Sequence record: OY726582
Origin: Escherichia phage vB_Eco_NicPhage
Reading direction: 5' to 3' (one strand)
DNA length: 64,000 nt
A program made the translations under genes and the position numbers. The notes beneath the pieces are model-generated. The model searched no databases, had not been told where the DNA came from, and was given only the letters and a program-made list of their open reading frames with translations. Positions 33,037-43,772 of the stretch are shown here, one piece after another (the stretch's first letter is position 1; every line of letters starts with the position of its first letter).

Positions 33037-33789
33037 ATGGCTAATATAATTCGTTGTAAATTACCGGATGGTGTTCATCGTTTTAAGCCGTTCACCGTAG
33101 CGGATTATAGAGACTTTTTACTAGTTAGAAATGATATCGAACATCGTTCGCCGCAAGAACAAAAAGAAATAATTGCCGATCTGATTGATGATTATTTTGG
33201 CGAGTACCCTAAAACATGGCAACCATTTATATTCCTGCAAGTTTTTGCAGGCTCTATAGGCAAAACAAAAGTTCCCGTTATTTTCACTTGCCCTAAATGC
33301 TCTAAAGAAAAAACTGCACCATTTGAGATATATCAAAAAGAACTAGTCGAACCTGAACTTGATGTTGCTGGTATAAAAATACGTTTTTCTTTCCCTGAAA
33401 AGTTTTATGACAACAAAGCATTAATGATAAGTGAAAACATAAAAGAAATATATTATAATGACGAATGGTACCCATGGAATGATTTGACTGAAGAGAACCA
33501 AATCCAAGTAATAGAAGCAATAGACATTGACTCGCTCGAGAAGGTTATTGCTTCTATGAATCCTATTAATTTGACCCTTAGATTAGGATGTTGTGAACGA
33601 CATGTTAAAACATATACTGATATCTTAGAGGTTTTTAAATTGTTAGTTAACCCTGATGAGATTTTTACATTCTATCAGATAAACCATTCACTGGTAAAGA
33701 GTCAATACACATTGGATTCTATTATGCAAATGATTCCTGTTGAACGTGGTATTGCTTTAACATTAGTAGAAAAGGACCATAAAAAATGA
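33037..33789 (+). CDS. 51: Baseplate hub assembly protein gp51
   Basis: 250 aa (T4 249); late promoter at 33012-33019; syntenic. Confidence 0.8.
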   Translation: MANIIRCKLPDGVHRFKPFTVADYRDFLLVRNDIEHRSPQEQKEIIADLIDDYFGEYPKTWQPFIFLQVFAGSIGKTKVPVIFTCPKCSKEKTAPFEIYQKELVEPELDVAGIKIRFSFPEKFYDNKALMISENIKEIYYNDEWYPWNDLTEENQIQVIEAIDIDSLEKVIASMNPINLTLRLGCCERHVKTYTDILEVFKLLVNPDEIFTFYQINHSLVKSQYTLDSIMQMIPVERGIALTLVEKDHKK

Positions 33790-34958
33790 AAGTATTCCAA
33801 CGTCCAGGATATCCTAACTTAAGCGTTAAATTATACCAAGATTATTCGGCTTGGCAAGAAAATAGATACGTTGAACTCGCGGCAACAATAACAACTTTAA
33901 CCATGCGAGATTCGCTATATGGAAGAAATGAAGGGATTCTTCAATTTTATGACACTAAAAACATCCACACTAAAATGGACGGTAGACAGATAGTTCAAAT
34001 CTCTGTTTCAAATTCAAACACACCTCTCCAAGTTAGAACTCGAATTTACGGATGCAGACATTATTCTGTGTCTGTGGACTCAAAAGGTGACAATATTATT
34101 GCAATTGAGCTTGGAACAATACATTCTATAGAGAACCTTAAATTTGGGCGTCCATTCTTCCCGGATGCAGGCGAATCTATACGTGAAATGTTAGGTGTCA
34201 TATACAAAGACCGTGCGTTAATTACTCCGCCAATAAACACTATTAATGCTTATGTTCCTGATATCCCTTGGACAAGCACATTTGATGATTATTTGGCATA
34301 TGTCAGAGAATTAGGACTTGCTACAGCGAGTGATAAGTTCGTATTCGTATGGCAAGATATTTTAGGCGTAAACATGATTGACTACGATACTCTTATTGGT
34401 CAGGAAGGCATTAAGATGATTGTAGGTGAGCCAAATACTGTAGGTCAGTATATTCAAGAGCTTGAGTATCCATTAGTATGGGATTTTACCTGGATGACTA
34501 AAGCCAACCAATTTACAAGAGACCCTATTAAAAACGCCACGATATTCGCTCATTCATTTTTAGATACATCTATTCCGGTTATTGTTACAGGCGATGGTGA
34601 TAATGCTATTCTTGTGTCAAGATCCGGTGGATATTCCGAAATGACCTATCGTAATGGATTTGAAGAAGCAAGTCGTCTTCAGACAATGGCTCAATATGAC
34701 GGATATGCTAAATGCACTACTACAGGTAATTTTAACATAACGCCTGCTACTAAAATTATATTTGTTGACCAAAAGAACCAATTCAAATCCGAATTTTACG
34801 TCGATGAAGTTATTCATGAGTTATCAAATAACAACTCACAAACTCATCTGTACATGTTTACCAACTCAATGGTGTTAGAACCTGTTAACCCAGTTAAGGT
34901 TAAAAATGAACTTAAATCTGATTCTACCTCTAAAGAAAATAATTCTACCACAGTCTAA
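33786..34958 (+). CDS. 27: Baseplate hub protein gp27
   Basis: 390 aa (T4 391); syntenic. Confidence 0.85.
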   Translation: MKVFQRPGYPNLSVKLYQDYSAWQENRYVELAATITTLTMRDSLYGRNEGILQFYDTKNIHTKMDGRQIVQISVSNSNTPLQVRTRIYGCRHYSVSVDSKGDNIIAIELGTIHSIENLKFGRPFFPDAGESIREMLGVIYKDRALITPPINTINAYVPDIPWTSTFDDYLAYVRELGLATASDKFVFVWQDILGVNMIDYDTLIGQEGIKMIVGEPNTVGQYIQELEYPLVWDFTWMTKANQFTRDPIKNATIFAHSFLDTSIPVIVTGDGDNAILVSRSGGYSEMTYRNGFEEASRLQTMAQYDGYAKCTTTGNFNITPATKIIFVDQKNQFKSEFYVDEVIHELSNNNSQTHLYMFTNSMVLEPVNPVKVKNELKSDSTSKENNSTTV

Positions 34959-35439
34959 TAAAAAGGTAATGATTCCCAAATTAGGGCTCAAACATTATAA
35001 TCTTTTAAAGGACGTTAAAGGCCCTGATGAAAACATGAAAATCTTAGCTGATTCTATTTGTAAAAATATGAGTCCCGCAGATTTTGATTTTGCATGTCTA
35101 CACATATTGGAATTTAATAACAAACTTAAGTCTGAAGTTGAAAAAGATGGATTCACTTATAAACTAGATGACGTCTATGTATGCCAACGAACAGAATTCC
35201 AATTTCAAGGTAATACTTTTTATTTTAGACCCCCAGGCAAATTTGAACAATTCGCTACAATCAGTGAAATGCTATCAAATTGCTTAATAAAAGTTAATGA
35301 CGAAGAGAAAGAAATTTCTTTCCTTGAGATGCCTGCTTTTGTAATCAAATGGGCAGAAGACCTTTCGACAACTATTGCTATTCCAGGCCCTAATGGTCCT
35401 ATTAAGGGTATAGCAGAAATTATTGGATTGCTTGAATGA
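34906..35439 (+). CDS. 28: Baseplate hub protein gp28
   Basis: 177 aa as T4 gp28; 53-nt overlap with gp27 so the true start may be a downstream in-frame Met. Confidence 0.7.
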   Translation: MNLNLILPLKKIILPQSNKKVMIPKLGLKHYNLLKDVKGPDENMKILADSICKNMSPADFDFACLHILEFNNKLKSEVEKDGFTYKLDDVYVCQRTEFQFQGNTFYFRPPGKFEQFATISEMLSNCLIKVNDEEKEISFLEMPAFVIKWAEDLSTTIAIPGPNGPIKGIAEIIGLLE

Positions 35440-37208
35440 AACCTGAAGAAATGAAATCCATGCGTAGAAATAAGGTCATTGCCGATAATAAACCACAAAA
35501 AGTAGCTGCAACAGCAGCTACCGATTCATTAGAAGCATTGAATGACATTTCATCAAAACTAGACGATGTCCAAGCCGCGTCTGAACTCACATCACAAAGT
35601 GTAGAAGATAAAGGCAATGGAATTATTGAATCAATTGGAGACTTAAAGAATTCGACAGATAATACTGCTGAAGGCACAGAGCTTATCGCAGAAGTTATTG
35701 AAAAACAAACTGAAGTCACTAAAAGTATAAACGAAGTTTCTAGTGCAATAAGCTCTAAGTTAGACCGATTAGCTACATTATTAGAGCAAAAATTACAAAC
35801 ATCTACCGCTATTCAAAATACAGGAGGCACCTCTCTTGAAGTAATTGAGAACGCAATACCTGTTAAAGTTGTTGAGAATGAAACTTCTGATGAGCTGTTT
35901 AAAGCATTCCCTACACCTGAAAAGATTGATAATAAGCCGGACGAAGATTTCTTCCCGGCTCCGGTTCAAGAAAGTGCTAATTCTACTTCTGATTCTAAAG
36001 GCGGAATTAGCTTTAAATTGAGCGATAAAATTGCAATGCTCACCAAAACAGTTCAAACCGGGTTTAATAAATCAATATCAATTTCAGACAGAATTGCTGG
36101 AATGCTTTTCAAATACACTATAACAGCTGCTATTGAAGCAGCAAAAATGGCCGCACTTATTCTTGGTATTGTTATCGGTATTGATTTATTGATAGTCCAT
36201 TTCAAATATTGGACAGACAAGTTCACTTCTGCCTGGGATTTATTTGATGAAAACTTTACTAAATTCTCCGATGAAGCTAAAGAGTGGGGTAAATTCTTAA
36301 GTGATATATTCACTTCTATTGACTCTATAAAACAATTGTGGGAAGCTGGAGACTGGGGTGGTTTAACCGTTGCTATTGTCAAAGGTGTAGGAACAGCATT
36401 AATGAACTTAGGTGAACTAATTCAATTAGGAATGGCTAAACTCTCTGCGTCTATATTGCGTGCTATAGGTTTTGGCGATACCGCGGACGAAATAGAAGGA
36501 CGTGCTTTAGAAGGATTCCAAGAAACTACTGGGAACAAATTAAAGAAAGAAGACCAAGAGAAAGTCGCTAAATATCAAATGAAACGTGACGATGGGGAAT
36601 TAGGAACCGTTTCTAAAGGTCTTGATATGTTACAACGCGGCAAAACATTCGTTACTAACTGGGTTCGTGGTAATGACAATAAAGAAGAGTTTAGTACAAG
36701 CGATGAGCGTGCTGCGGAATCAGCAAAATTAAAAGAGTTACCTGAAGAGGAGCGTAAAGAGGCGTATATAAAAGCTAATGAAACTCGTGCGGCACTAGTT
36801 AGATTTGAGGATTATATCGATAAAATCGATATGACTAATCCGGAAAATGCTAAAAACGTCGAGAAGTCTTATGCTGATTTAAGTAAACTTATTAAAGACC
36901 CTGAACTTAATAAAACTCCTGTTATTAAAAAGGAATTAGATGCTAGATTTGAAAAGCTAAATAATAAAATGACTGAAGCCAAAAAGGCTCAGACAACAGT
37001 TAAGCCTGAATCTTCGTCTAAATCTCCAGAAGCAAAACAAGTTCAGTCAATAGAGAAAGGACGTGCTTCTGAATCTAAACAACAGCAACCGGTAGCGGCG
37101 ATTAGTAACACAAATAATGTCGTCAAAAAGAATACCGTAGTCCAGAATATGACCCCTGTAACAAGTACAACGGCTCCTGGAATTTTCCATGCCACCGGTG
37201 TTAATTAA
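35436..37208 (+). CDS. 29: Baseplate hub / tail length determinator gp29
   Basis: 590 aa, identical to T4 gp29 length; syntenic. Confidence 0.8.
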   Translation: MKPEEMKSMRRNKVIADNKPQKVAATAATDSLEALNDISSKLDDVQAASELTSQSVEDKGNGIIESIGDLKNSTDNTAEGTELIAEVIEKQTEVTKSINEVSSAISSKLDRLATLLEQKLQTSTAIQNTGGTSLEVIENAIPVKVVENETSDELFKAFPTPEKIDNKPDEDFFPAPVQESANSTSDSKGGISFKLSDKIAMLTKTVQTGFNKSISISDRIAGMLFKYTITAAIEAAKMAALILGIVIGIDLLIVHFKYWTDKFTSAWDLFDENFTKFSDEAKEWGKFLSDIFTSIDSIKQLWEAGDWGGLTVAIVKGVGTALMNLGELIQLGMAKLSASILRAIGFGDTADEIEGRALEGFQETTGNKLKKEDQEKVAKYQMKRDDGELGTVSKGLDMLQRGKTFVTNWVRGNDNKEEFSTSDERAAESAKLKELPEEERKEAYIKANETRAALVRFEDYIDKIDMTNPENAKNVEKSYADLSKLIKDPELNKTPVIKKELDARFEKLNNKMTEAKKAQTTVKPESSSKSPEAKQVQSIEKGRASESKQQQPVAAISNTNNVVKKNTVVQNMTPVTSTTAPGIFHATGVN

Positions 37209-37216
37209 GGATTATT

Positions 37217-38326
37217 ATGATTAGTGTAAAAGAAATAGTAGTAGATGCAAAGGATTTAAATAAAGCAATCCCAGTCTCAGAAAGTGCTGGGCAAAGCACT
37301 AAAACCGAAACAACTACTAAAACTTATGTTGCTCAATTTCCTACAGGAAGAGCAGCCGGAAATGACTCCACAGGAGACTTCCAGGTAACAGACCTTTATA
37401 AGAATGGATTATTATTTACCGCGTACAATATGTCTGCACGCGATTCAGGATCCCTCAGGAATTTACGTCCGGCATATGCCGGTACTTCATCTAATGGTAT
37501 CATATCAGATTTAACTGATAATGTTAAAGATGCAGTGACTAAATTCTCTAATGGATTGCTTCCTGCCGGGGCTAATAAATCTACTATAAATAAAACTCCT
37601 GTTGCTAATATACTTTTGCCACGTTCCAAATCTGACGTCGATACAACTTCACATCGTTTTAATGATATCGGTGATAGCCTTATTACTAAAGGTGGAGGTA
37701 CTGCTACGGGTGTTTTAAGTAACATTGCTTCTACTGCAGTCTTTGGTGCATTAGATTCTATTACTCAAGGGCTTATGGCTGATAATAACGAACAGATTTA
37801 TACGACTTCTCGTAGTATGTACGGTGGTGCTGAGAACCGTACCAAAGTCTTTACATGGGATTTAACTCCGCGTTCAACTGAAGACCTTATGGCTATTATA
37901 AACATTTACCAGTATTTTAACTATTTCTCATATGGTGAGACCGGTAAATCACAGTACGCCCAAGAGATTAAAAGTTATTTAGACGAATGGTACCGTTCAA
38001 CGTTTATTGAGCCTATGACACCGGACGATGCAGTAAAAAATAAGACATTGTTTGAAAAGATTACTGCGTCATTAACAAATGTATTAGTTGTAAGCAACCC
38101 TACAATTTGGATGGTTAAAAACTTTGGTTATACGTCTAAATTTGATGGATTAACTGACGTATTTGGTCCATGTCAAATTCAAAGCGTACGTTTTGATAAA
38201 ACTCCAAATGGACAATTTAATGGTCTCGCTGTTGCTCCTAACTTACCATCAACATTTACGTTAGAGATAACAATGCGAGAAATTATTACATTAAACCGTT
38301 CTTCACTTTATGCGGGGACTTTCTAA
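37217..38326 (+). CDS. 48: Baseplate tail tube junction protein gp48
   Basis: 369 aa (T4 364); syntenic. Confidence 0.8.
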   Translation: MISVKEIVVDAKDLNKAIPVSESAGQSTKTETTTKTYVAQFPTGRAAGNDSTGDFQVTDLYKNGLLFTAYNMSARDSGSLRNLRPAYAGTSSNGIISDLTDNVKDAVTKFSNGLLPAGANKSTINKTPVANILLPRSKSDVDTTSHRFNDIGDSLITKGGGTATGVLSNIASTAVFGALDSITQGLMADNNEQIYTTSRSMYGGAENRTKVFTWDLTPRSTEDLMAIINIYQYFNYFSYGETGKSQYAQEIKSYLDEWYRSTFIEPMTPDDAVKNKTLFEKITASLTNVLVVSNPTIWMVKNFGYTSKFDGLTDVFGPCQIQSVRFDKTPNGQFNGLAVAPNLPSTFTLEITMREIITLNRSSLYAGTF

Positions 38327-39288
38327 TGTATTCTTTAGAAGAATTTAATAACCAAGCTATAAATGCAGATTTCCAACGAAACAATATGTTTAGTTGTGTA
38401 TTTGCTACTACACCATCGACCAAATCATCTTCACTAATTTCGTCAATTGGTAGTTTTGCTTATAATAACTTAGGGTTGGATTCAGATTGGCTAGGATTGT
38501 CTCAAGGTGATATCAATCAGGGCGTAACAACCCTGATTACAGCAGGAACACAGAAATTAATTCGAAAATCAGGTATAAGTAAATATCTGATTGGAGCAAT
38601 GAGTCAACGTACGGTACAAAGCTTGTTAGGTGAGTTCACAGTAGGAGCTTATCTGATAGACTTCTTCAATATGGCATATAATAATACAGGTTTAATGATT
38701 TATTCTGTAAAAATGCCTGAGAACCGATTATCTTATGAAACGGATTTCAACTATAACTCCCCGAACATCCGAATTACAGGCCGTGAAATGGACCCGTTAG
38801 TAATAAGCTTTAGAATGGATTCTGAAGCATCTAACTTTAGAGCAATGCAAGACTGGGTAAACTCGGTCCAAGACCCTGTAACAGGTCTTCGCGCTTTACC
38901 ACAAGATGTCGAAGCAGATATTCAGGTTAATTTACACGCACGAAATGGTTTACCACATACCGCTGTCATGTTCACAGGATGTATTCCTGTTAGTGTCTCT
39001 TCTCCTGAATTAACGTATGATGGTGATAATCAGATAACAGTTTTTGATGTAACATTTGCTTATCGCGTTATGCAATCAGGTGCTGTAAATAGACAGGCTG
39101 CTTTAGAATGGCTGGAATCAGGACTTATTAGTAGTGTTTCAGGAATGTTTGGAAATAATCAGAATGATTCTGGACTAGGAAGTGCAGTATCAAGACTTTC
39201 TAGATTAGGTGGGACTGCCGGTGGTGTGTCTAATATAAACACATTGACAGGTGTTGTGAATTCTGCGTCAAGAGTTTTAGGACTATAA
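38326..39288 (+). CDS. 54: Baseplate tail tube initiator gp54
   Basis: 320 aa, identical to T4 gp54 length; syntenic; followed by bidirectional terminator. Confidence 0.8.
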   Translation: MYSLEEFNNQAINADFQRNNMFSCVFATTPSTKSSSLISSIGSFAYNNLGLDSDWLGLSQGDINQGVTTLITAGTQKLIRKSGISKYLIGAMSQRTVQSLLGEFTVGAYLIDFFNMAYNNTGLMIYSVKMPENRLSYETDFNYNSPNIRITGREMDPLVISFRMDSEASNFRAMQDWVNSVQDPVTGLRALPQDVEADIQVNLHARNGLPHTAVMFTGCIPVSVSSPELTYDGDNQITVFDVTFAYRVMQSGAVNRQAALEWLESGLISSVSGMFGNNQNDSGLGSAVSRLSRLGGTAGGVSNINTLTGVVNSASRVLGL

Positions 39289-39314
39289 GAAAAAGGGAGA
39301 CGTTGTCTCCCTTT
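39286..39314. terminator. Bidirectional terminator between convergent gene 54 and the alt operon
   Basis: GGGAGA-cgttg-TCTCCC hairpin with AAAAA on the left and TTT on the right; the minus strand has the better U-tract. Confidence 0.65.
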
Positions 39315-39320
39315 AGTGGT

Positions 39321-39614
39321 TTATTTACGGAATGAAAGGAATGCTGGTGCTCGGAATGGAGTATCATCTTTAGAGTATTTAACTAATACGACCATTGGTA
39401 CCTCTGTTTCTAAATGACCTGTCACTACACCGATAAAAATTTGATCAGTGTGCTCAGGGTCACGAAAGTTTTTAAGAGGTTCCATAGCAATATGGAATGC
39501 ACCTGGGAATACTCGATTCAATTCGTCAATCACAGCTTCGTTAAAAACATCATCCGCTGGGATAGCATCTTCAACTACTAGTTCTTGACCATTAAAGCGA
39601 AGCATAGATTTCAT
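39321..39614 (-). CDS. Hypothetical early protein (97 aa), alt-downstream
   Basis: Start moved from ORF-track 39686 to Met at 39614: a TTTACA-N17-TACTAT promoter at 39644-39672 and GAGGAA Shine-Dalgarno precede this Met, so the longer ORF would begin upstream of its own promoter. Confidence 0.5.
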   Translation of the reverse strand: MKSMLRFNGQELVVEDAIPADDVFNEAVIDELNRVFPGAFHIAMEPLKNFRDPEHTDQIFIGVVTGHLETEVPMVVLVKYSKDDTPFRAPAFLSFRK

Positions 39615-39643
39615 AACGTTTTCCTCATGTTGTTGATGGGATG

Positions 39644-39672
39644 ATAGTATCACACATCCGTGTGTTTGTAAA
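39644..39672 (-). promoter_or_regulatory. Early promoter TTTACA-N17-TACTAT upstream of the alt-downstream small gene
   Basis: Minus strand reads TTTACA-aacacacggatgtgtga-TACTAT; spacer contains inverted repeat ACACA...TGTGT. Confidence 0.5.
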
Positions 39673-41760
39673 CTATCCTTGGACAAATTTAAACGGAACT
39701 GATTCTAAATCCATTAAAGATGCTAACAATTTCAAACCTTTAGGTGCACTAGTTTTTTCTACAAATGAGGCAAAAGATACCGGCTCATCTGATTCGATTT
39801 CACCCGTCATAGCAACTACCTCGCCTGTTTCCATGAGAACATCACCATCGTAAATGACAGCTTCGTCCAACTGGTCCGAGGACATGACTTCAGCTTGAAT
39901 AAATTTAAGGTTGGATTCTAAACCTGCACCAGTGTCAGATGACGCATCTGTAATTTTATTTATCTGCAAGAGAATGCCTCTAGGCAAAATAATTTCTTGC
40001 TCATTAGGGTGATTACTCAACTGTCCGGGATAAATCACGTTAACTTTATGAGCGCCATCAATAGCCCATCCAACATTAACACGAATTTGTTCTGGCGCAT
40101 GCATAGCGGTACGTGCCAGGCTAGGAGAAATAGTAACACCTTCGTCATTATTGTCAATGTTAAGCTCTTTGCGAACTTCTTCAGGAGCAAGTCCAAGGGC
40201 AACGTTCTCTTTAAACCCACCAAAAATAATAGGAGCTAATGAAGTAGAAACATAGTTTCTGAAGTAGAATACCTTATTTTTAACCATTGCTTCGTAAATA
40301 GGCATTCTGATAGACTGGGCTCTATACAACGTTAGTCCTTCAGGTAAACGGTCTCCATTTAAAAACGCCGAATCAAGACCATCAATAGCGCGTTTAACTT
40401 CATCTTCATCTGCAACATCATAAAAATCCGGTTTATAACGGCCTAACAACATATTATTGATATCGGTATACGCAGAAGAGGCATATTCGCGAATAGCTCG
40501 TTTTTCAGCAACAGAGTATTGTTTAGGGTCCCGATTCATTGTTATATTAAAGGTGCCTCTAGCCGATTCTCGTGCATAAGTATACATCACATTAGACAAG
40601 AACGCTGATTTACGTTGTTTCCAAGTTTTTTCAGATACTTCAGCTAAAACATCGTCGGCCAGTTGGAAATTATCACGTCTAAAATCTTCAAACCATTCGT
40701 CTTTAATAGAGTCCGCAATTTCGTTTGCAGCTTCAACAAAAGCAGCTAATGCTTTAACAGATGTTGTTTTTTCAGTTTTAATTTTCTTAGCAAACTTTTC
40801 TAAAGTTGGCTTAATAACACTACCATAAGAAACTTCATCAGCAAATCTAAAGGATTCATCAATACGATTATAAATCTTATTTTCGATATCAGCAACTAAA
40901 GTGCCTTTTGCTGTGGATGATGCTTGGGCTAGTACGATTTCATATGCTTCAGGAAGTAATTCGGCTGTAGCCGGGCCACTAACTTCTTTAGCAGAATTTT
41001 CGTATTTCTGGAATAACTCACCTTCTTGGCGGTCAGCTTCTAAAGATTGGCTTGCGGCAATAGCACGACGAGAAATTTTAGTACGAGCAATAACAGGCTT
41101 ATCTTTACGTTTTTCTTCTACAGCAGCAATAGAACCAGCGATAGCCGTTTCTTTGGTGACTTTTTCGCCGGTCTTTTTACTCACATAAACTTCGCCAACA
41201 TCAGAATCTACTTTCGTGTACAACTCTGTGTTAATGTTAGGGATGCCTTTAATATCTTCAATGTTGGCATTTTTACGAACCATCATCACATAGGTGTGTT
41301 TACCTGTGAATTGATACATTGCCGACAATACTTTAAAACGACCACCGGTTTTAGTAGAAACTAAACGAGCAAGAAGAGTTTGAAGCTGTTGTCCACGTCC
41401 TTTCAATTTCTTGGTAGGGAATCGGAACAGAACTGCATCCATACGAAGAGCTTTAACCTGTTCATATACCGTATTGAAAATGGTGTTGATTGCATCAATA
41501 GGAGCAGGACCAAGGCCATTTTTCAATTCAGCGAGATTACCCTTTTCAGACAGACTCATAATAACAACATGAGCGTATTTGTCGCCAAGTTTAACTTGTT
41601 TTACAGCATCGCCTTCAGAAAGGTAAGAGAATAAGCGAACTACGATGTTTGTATCGATATCACCAATTTTCCAGACTTGTGGAACTTTAGCTTTAGGGTT
41701 CAAATTGACGACAGGAAGACTGCCTTCAGATTCAAACACTTCATTTAATTGTTCAGACAT
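39673..41760 (-). CDS. alt: ADP-ribosyltransferase Alt (virion-packaged, modifies host RNA polymerase)
   Basis: 695 aa (T4 682); position between gene 54 and DNA ligase gene 30 as in T4. Confidence 0.8.
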   Translation of the reverse strand: MSEQLNEVFESEGSLPVVNLNPKAKVPQVWKIGDIDTNIVVRLFSYLSEGDAVKQVKLGDKYAHVVIMSLSEKGNLAELKNGLGPAPIDAINTIFNTVYEQVKALRMDAVLFRFPTKKLKGRGQQLQTLLARLVSTKTGGRFKVLSAMYQFTGKHTYVMMVRKNANIEDIKGIPNINTELYTKVDSDVGEVYVSKKTGEKVTKETAIAGSIAAVEEKRKDKPVIARTKISRRAIAASQSLEADRQEGELFQKYENSAKEVSGPATAELLPEAYEIVLAQASSTAKGTLVADIENKIYNRIDESFRFADEVSYGSVIKPTLEKFAKKIKTEKTTSVKALAAFVEAANEIADSIKDEWFEDFRRDNFQLADDVLAEVSEKTWKQRKSAFLSNVMYTYARESARGTFNITMNRDPKQYSVAEKRAIREYASSAYTDINNMLLGRYKPDFYDVADEDEVKRAIDGLDSAFLNGDRLPEGLTLYRAQSIRMPIYEAMVKNKVFYFRNYVSTSLAPIIFGGFKENVALGLAPEEVRKELNIDNNDEGVTISPSLARTAMHAPEQIRVNVGWAIDGAHKVNVIYPGQLSNHPNEQEIILPRGILLQINKITDASSDTGAGLESNLKFIQAEVMSSDQLDEAVIYDGDVLMETGEVVAMTGEIESDEPVSFASFVEKTSAPKGLKLLASLMDLESVPFKFVQG

Positions 41761-41800
41761 AGTGTTTTCCTTTTAGTAATAATTTATATTTATGCCAAAA

Positions 41801-41816
41801 AGAGCCCGAAGGCTCT
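41801..41816 (-). terminator. Minus-strand hairpin (AGAGCC-UUCG-GGCUCU + U-tract) just upstream of alt
   Basis: Hairpin overlapping the stop of ORF 41816..42004, followed on the minus strand by TTTTTGG. Confidence 0.55.
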
Positions 41817-42004
41817 TAATCCACAATCGGGAGCAAAGTACGATAAACTTCAAAATTAGGACCTTTTTCGTACTTATCGAAATTGTCCATAAAAATATGA
41901 TAGGAATCGTTATTAGGAAAATCTAATATAATCTGAGAGCAAGAGGTGGAAACATCTCCACCATCCTTCTTAGCTACAATAACTGTTTCTAAATAAGCTT
42001 TCAT
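41816..42004 (-). CDS. Hypothetical protein (62 aa) between gene 30 and alt
   Basis: Start taken at the Met overlapping the gp30 stop (ATGA-type coupling) rather than ORF-track 42025. Confidence 0.45.
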   Translation of the reverse strand: MKAYLETVIVAKKDGGDVSTSCSQIILDFPNNDSYHIFMDNFDKYEKGPNFEVYRTLLPIVD

Positions 42005-43497
42005 TATAAACCTGTCTGGGACCACGGTCCAAATACGTCTTCAAACGAATCCGCTTCTGTTTTATCAAAACGGAACCCTTTAATAATTGGGAGGAAAATA
42101 CCTACAGTGCCTTCACGTCCTTTAGAATGAACCCAACCATTACATTCACAATCAGCAATACGTCCAATCAATTTACCTTCACGAGCTTCGGCCATTAATC
42201 GTTCACGGTCCAAATCATGTCGCTCATCTAAAGGAATAAGAACCTTTACACCATCAACTGTTTTATGAGTTGTATCTTTAAACCCTGAACCACAATCGGT
42301 TGTAATACGACGACAACGTGATACGAGTTCGACACCACCTAATTTGTTAGGGTCTTTAGAGTGTTCATAGTATCCTACAACTTCTAAAGCGATATCAATA
42401 ACTTCTTTAAATTTAATTAGGTTCTTAGAACGTTTGTTTTCCCAATATGAATCACGGTTTTTAAGGATAATACCTTCAAGACCTTGGTCAACATATTTTT
42501 TATAAACCACTTTAGCTTCGTCAAGATTACGAACTAACTGATTTTCAATTGGCTCAATTCGTTTAAAGCCTTCAGCCATATTTTCAAGAGCAGCAAAACG
42601 AACATCGTATTTCTGACCTTTAATTTTGCCATCAGAATAGACTTCATCTAAAGGAACATAGTCCCAGGCTTGAAGAACCATACCTTCAGCTTCTTTAGGA
42701 GAAATAGTCCCTTGAAGAGATTTATTTGCTAAACCGTTTGAAGTGCTACGGTCCGCAACTTGTACTTCTTCGGATTCTTCATTATCACCAAATAAGAACG
42801 ACAGGTCATTTCCTGAGCTCACAGCCTTTTTAATATCAAATGAATGGTAAACTAATTCACCGTCGATTAAAACCCCATTATGGTGTCTTTCACGAGCTTC
42901 TTTAGTCATTTCCATTAGTTCATCCGCTAATAGAGTAAGACCATGATATTCGTTGCCGGCACGAGAAAAGAATTGAACACCATCATCGCGAACTTCAGCG
43001 AAACAACGAGCACCATCTGCTTTTAATTGGGCAAATGCGGGCCATTTAATATTTTTAGTAATCAATTTCTCGTCATATGCAGATGCTAACATCTGTGGTT
43101 GCAATTGAATAAGTCCAGGCCACACCTTATTCGCGATAGACACTGAAGCACCTACTTCAAGGTCGCGCATCATTACACGACGAAGGACTTCTACATCATC
43201 AGGTTTACCATCAGCGATATAACCCATGAGCTCTTTAATTGCAGCATTACCAGTGAGTTTACGAGTGGCTAATGTGAACTCAATAAAATCCAACATGTCA
43301 TCTAATTCAAGAAGACCATACGCTTGAGACCTTTCACCTGGTCCTGGCCATTTCTTAATATAATACTGGATACCACGTGCATATGTTAAACGATACACAC
43401 GTTCAAGTAATTTGTTGTCCTTATTTTTCTTAAGGATTTCCTGTTTTGTTTTAGTAGAACCGATCGCAGCTATTTGGTTTAAAATATCTAAAATCAT
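42004..43497 (-). CDS. 30: ATP-dependent DNA ligase gp30
   Basis: 497 aa; adenylation motif KADGARCF (KxDG); C-terminal CECNGW; colinear with remembered T4 ligase. Confidence 0.9.
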   Translation of the reverse strand: MILDILNQIAAIGSTKTKQEILKKNKDNKLLERVYRLTYARGIQYYIKKWPGPGERSQAYGLLELDDMLDFIEFTLATRKLTGNAAIKELMGYIADGKPDDVEVLRRVMMRDLEVGASVSIANKVWPGLIQLQPQMLASAYDEKLITKNIKWPAFAQLKADGARCFAEVRDDGVQFFSRAGNEYHGLTLLADELMEMTKEARERHHNGVLIDGELVYHSFDIKKAVSSGNDLSFLFGDNEESEEVQVADRSTSNGLANKSLQGTISPKEAEGMVLQAWDYVPLDEVYSDGKIKGQKYDVRFAALENMAEGFKRIEPIENQLVRNLDEAKVVYKKYVDQGLEGIILKNRDSYWENKRSKNLIKFKEVIDIALEVVGYYEHSKDPNKLGGVELVSRCRRITTDCGSGFKDTTHKTVDGVKVLIPLDERHDLDRERLMAEAREGKLIGRIADCECNGWVHSKGREGTVGIFLPIIKGFRFDKTEADSFEDVFGPWSQTGL

Positions 43498-43679
43498 TTG
43501 ATGTCCTCGATTTTGGTTACGGTTCTATTATAAGCCACTTCATCTAGAAGCGATTTCAGCGTTTTCTGATAAGTTGTAATCCATTTACCGAGTCCTTCAA
43601 CATAGTATTCTGAAATGTAGATGAACCCTTGTTCAACACACTCTTTAAATATTTCTGCGTCTTTTACTGAACGAAACAA
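43494..43679 (-). CDS. Hypothetical protein (61 aa), 30.1-position
   Basis: Small ORF translationally coupled (4-nt overlap) to gene 30. Confidence 0.45.
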   Translation of the reverse strand: MFRSVKDAEIFKECVEQGFIYISEYYVEGLGKWITTYQKTLKSLLDEVAYNRTVTKIEDIK

Positions 43680-43772
43680 TGGTCAGTCTCGAAAGAACAT
43701 GTTAACGTGACCGTAGTCACGTGTGGTATTTTTGCCATCTGTAATATCATGAACTACAAACATAATTAACCC